A stretch of DNA of 64,000 nt from Phoronis australis (Eukaryota; Animalia; Phoronida): the NCBI GenBank assembly GCA_002633005.1, contig NMRA01000017.1:926807-990806 (forward strand), written 5' to 3'. Each line of letters begins with the position of its first letter. Position 1 is the stretch's first letter. Shown one piece after another: positions 61,864-64,000 of this stretch. Made by a program: the position numbers and the translations under genes. The notes below the pieces were generated by a model that worked only from the letters and a program-made list of their open reading frames with translations, was not told the origin of the DNA and made no database searches.

Positions 61864-62428
61864 CAGTGGCTGATCTAGGATATCACAAGGGGGGCCAACA
61901 TTTTGTCTGAAAACATTTGTGCAAGGCACGATTGGATGCGCATAGCACCGAATGGGGGGAGGTCGGGAGGGGGGGGGGGTTCGCGAACCCCCTCTCCCGC
62001 CCAGGCAATTTTTCTGTTTTTTCCCCTAAAAATCAAGCATTTTCCTTGATTCCTGAAGTATTACCCAAGAAAAAAGGCAAAGAAAAAGAAAAAGAAAAAA
62101 AAACGGGGAACGTGTCAAATATCAAAAACAGCAATTATCAAAGACTCGAATTCACGACCTGGCGGATTGAGCGCATACCGCGGGAGAGCCTATACTTAGC
62201 CATAGTTTCGTTACGATTGAGCTGTGTTCCGAATTTGACACTTGAAATTGGTTCAGAGCCCCCCAAACACACTAAAACTGCACACATTTAAATCTTGTTT
62301 CCGCCGTTTCATGTTAATTACCGGGGTTATTTTATAAACTCAACATTTCCCTACGCTCTTGCTGTTTTATTTTTTTGCGGCAGCCAAGGGGCGCTGCCCC
62401 CCGCCCCTCAGGCTAAATCCGCCTATGC
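61864..62428. mobile_element. hAT-like non-autonomous element carrying a nested tRNA-like cassette fragment
   Basis: Left CAGTGGCTGATCTAGG, right TAAATCCGCCTATG (imperfect inverted repeat), with G/C runs inside. Same style as 47957-48266. Confidence 0.55.
62048..62172 (-). repeat. tRNA-like Pol III cassette, copy 2 (lacks A box)
   Basis: GATTCCTGAAGTATTA.CCAAGAAAAAAGGCAAAG...GAACGTGTCAAATATCAAAAACAGCAAT.ATCAAAGACTCGAATTCACGACCTGGCGGATTGAGC, nearly identical to 58779-58900. Confidence 0.85.
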
Positions 62429-64000
62429 AATATATAAGAGAAGCAAGGCAATTTTGTTTGTAAATGTGAAGGTCGCCGATATCTCGGACAAGTCGTGGAC
62501 ACAGATGATATCGACTTGCCTGTGAAACTCAACTTCTTGCAGCCGTCCAGTAAAATGAGTGCCGGGATTGTTTATTTGGCCGAAGGAAACAAGATTTGGC
62601 CACGGAAAGATGACATCCTGAAGCTCGTCCTGGACCTCGCATCTACAGGGAAAGCTGCAGAGCGTTCAAGGCATCAGATGAATTGCTGGACTACCTTGGT
62701 TTCTCGTAATGACGTTTAAAGCCGAGTTAAAATTACCGTTAAAAGATCTTTAGCCCAATTGTCAACGCTTGAATTACCTTAAGTTTTCATTCACGGGACG
62801 TGACTTGTGACGTGTTAGATGTCAGGCGCAATTGTATAGCAAATGTTGTAAAAATGTTGAATGCAAACTTTTGGATTTACCTGTACATGTACATGTGAGT
62901 TGTGTTACAAATGTCTCCACGTGCCTTCTTGCATCACAGACGCTTGAATTATAATATGTTGCCATTTTTATTATGTAATCAGTTACATCAACTCATACAG
63001 GTGACAACAAATAGCCTTAAATACGTGTACTATCAGTCTTTACTTCATACCAGTTATTTCCTGAAGTGTTGGTGGTCAGAAATAATAGCCAACGTCATAA
63101 TATCACTTGCCCCTCACTTATTACGGGACATGTTGTGTCATTTACGAGAGGTCTATAAATTCAAGTTTAATTTTTATATGTCCATGAAACATACACAAGG
63201 AAGTAGAAAATACTAAGAGCTGTTTTTCTCGATTTTACCAAGCATGCTGATTGTCAATGATAACAAACTAGACCCAAAATTAACCCAACGAACGCGTTTT
63301 TCTGTTTTCAAATAAATTATCCAGTTGCTCTAATAAAACAACAAAATAACTCTATAACTGCACTTGCTGTGCTGGGGAAATTGTTCAAAACTTATCATTC
63401 ATACGTTAAACTAAGAAATAATAATACGTGATATCCACATGAAGATACGAAAATCGAGTGTCTCGGGTGTCGAATTGTCGCGATTCATTGAGAATGGCTC
63501 ATTTTGTTTAGAAGAATGCAAACACGACTTAGTGGCGTCTGTGAAAGCGCGCGGTAAACAGTGGACAGCCACAACCTAATTGGACAGAGACCCATATTGC
63601 CAGTCTCCCGTTGAGGGATCGGGCTCTAAATCTGAAGTGCTGACGGCAGTTAAAGCTGGCTGAGCAAAACTCGGGTCACTTGTCTCAGGAAAAAATTGGC
63701 ACTGCGAAACTAAAACGACTACCGTCGGCGTTTCCAAAACGTGACACAGTACGTCAGCGGCTATATATTTGAAATCCGTCTGATAGCGTTCAGATTTTGA
63801 GCTTCAACACTTATGCTAATAAGATCGAAATTTTTTGTTTAATTCCAAGTGCACACTTTGTATTATTCAAAAGAAAAATGCGTGATAAGGAATCATTTTT
63901 TTGCAATTTCATAGGTGAACTTAGTTCAACCCTTCCCGGCGGCGAAGCGGGGTTTCCAATAATGGTGGCCCTTGTGGCCATTGAATATAACATTAGTAAA

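Noticed and set aside
63915-64000. Possible exon after TTTCATAG running off the window end (ELSSTLPGGEAGFPIMVALVAIEYNISK)
   Set aside because: Too short and truncated, with no recognisable homology or partner exon.

Overview
AT-rich, intron-rich animal genomic DNA, probably from a marine invertebrate (inference from gene structure and repeat types; not prokaryotic, no rRNA or CRISPR seen). I spliced four multi-exon genes by hand with consistent intron phases: (1) a vinculin/alpha-catenin-superfamily gene on + (640-13233, 5' end uncertain or outside the window); (2) PGM3, phosphoacetylglucosamine mutase, on + (17297-30121, 14 exons, 542 aa); (3) a two-coding-exon LRR-LRRCT-Ig-TM receptor on - (31092-33597, about 395 aa) with an odd Cys-containing repeat in its cytoplasmic tail; (4) WDR91 on - (37089-57602, 17 exons, 789 aa), whose third intron is a minor-spliceosome AT-AC (U12-type) intron. 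An intronless orphan coding region on - (60730-61747) is split into two overlapping frames that a +1 shift would join. Introns and intergenic DNA carry several MITE families, a HINE-like element, a decayed THAP-domain remnant, a tRNA-like Pol III cassette in two copies, a three-copy unclassified repeat and several minisatellites. I cannot support a wholly new biological system from sequence alone. The best leads are the AT-AC intron, the frame-split orphan gene, the LRR-Ig receptor tail and the atypical vinculin-family gene. Family assignments come from remembered motifs, not database searches; repeat boundaries are approximate.
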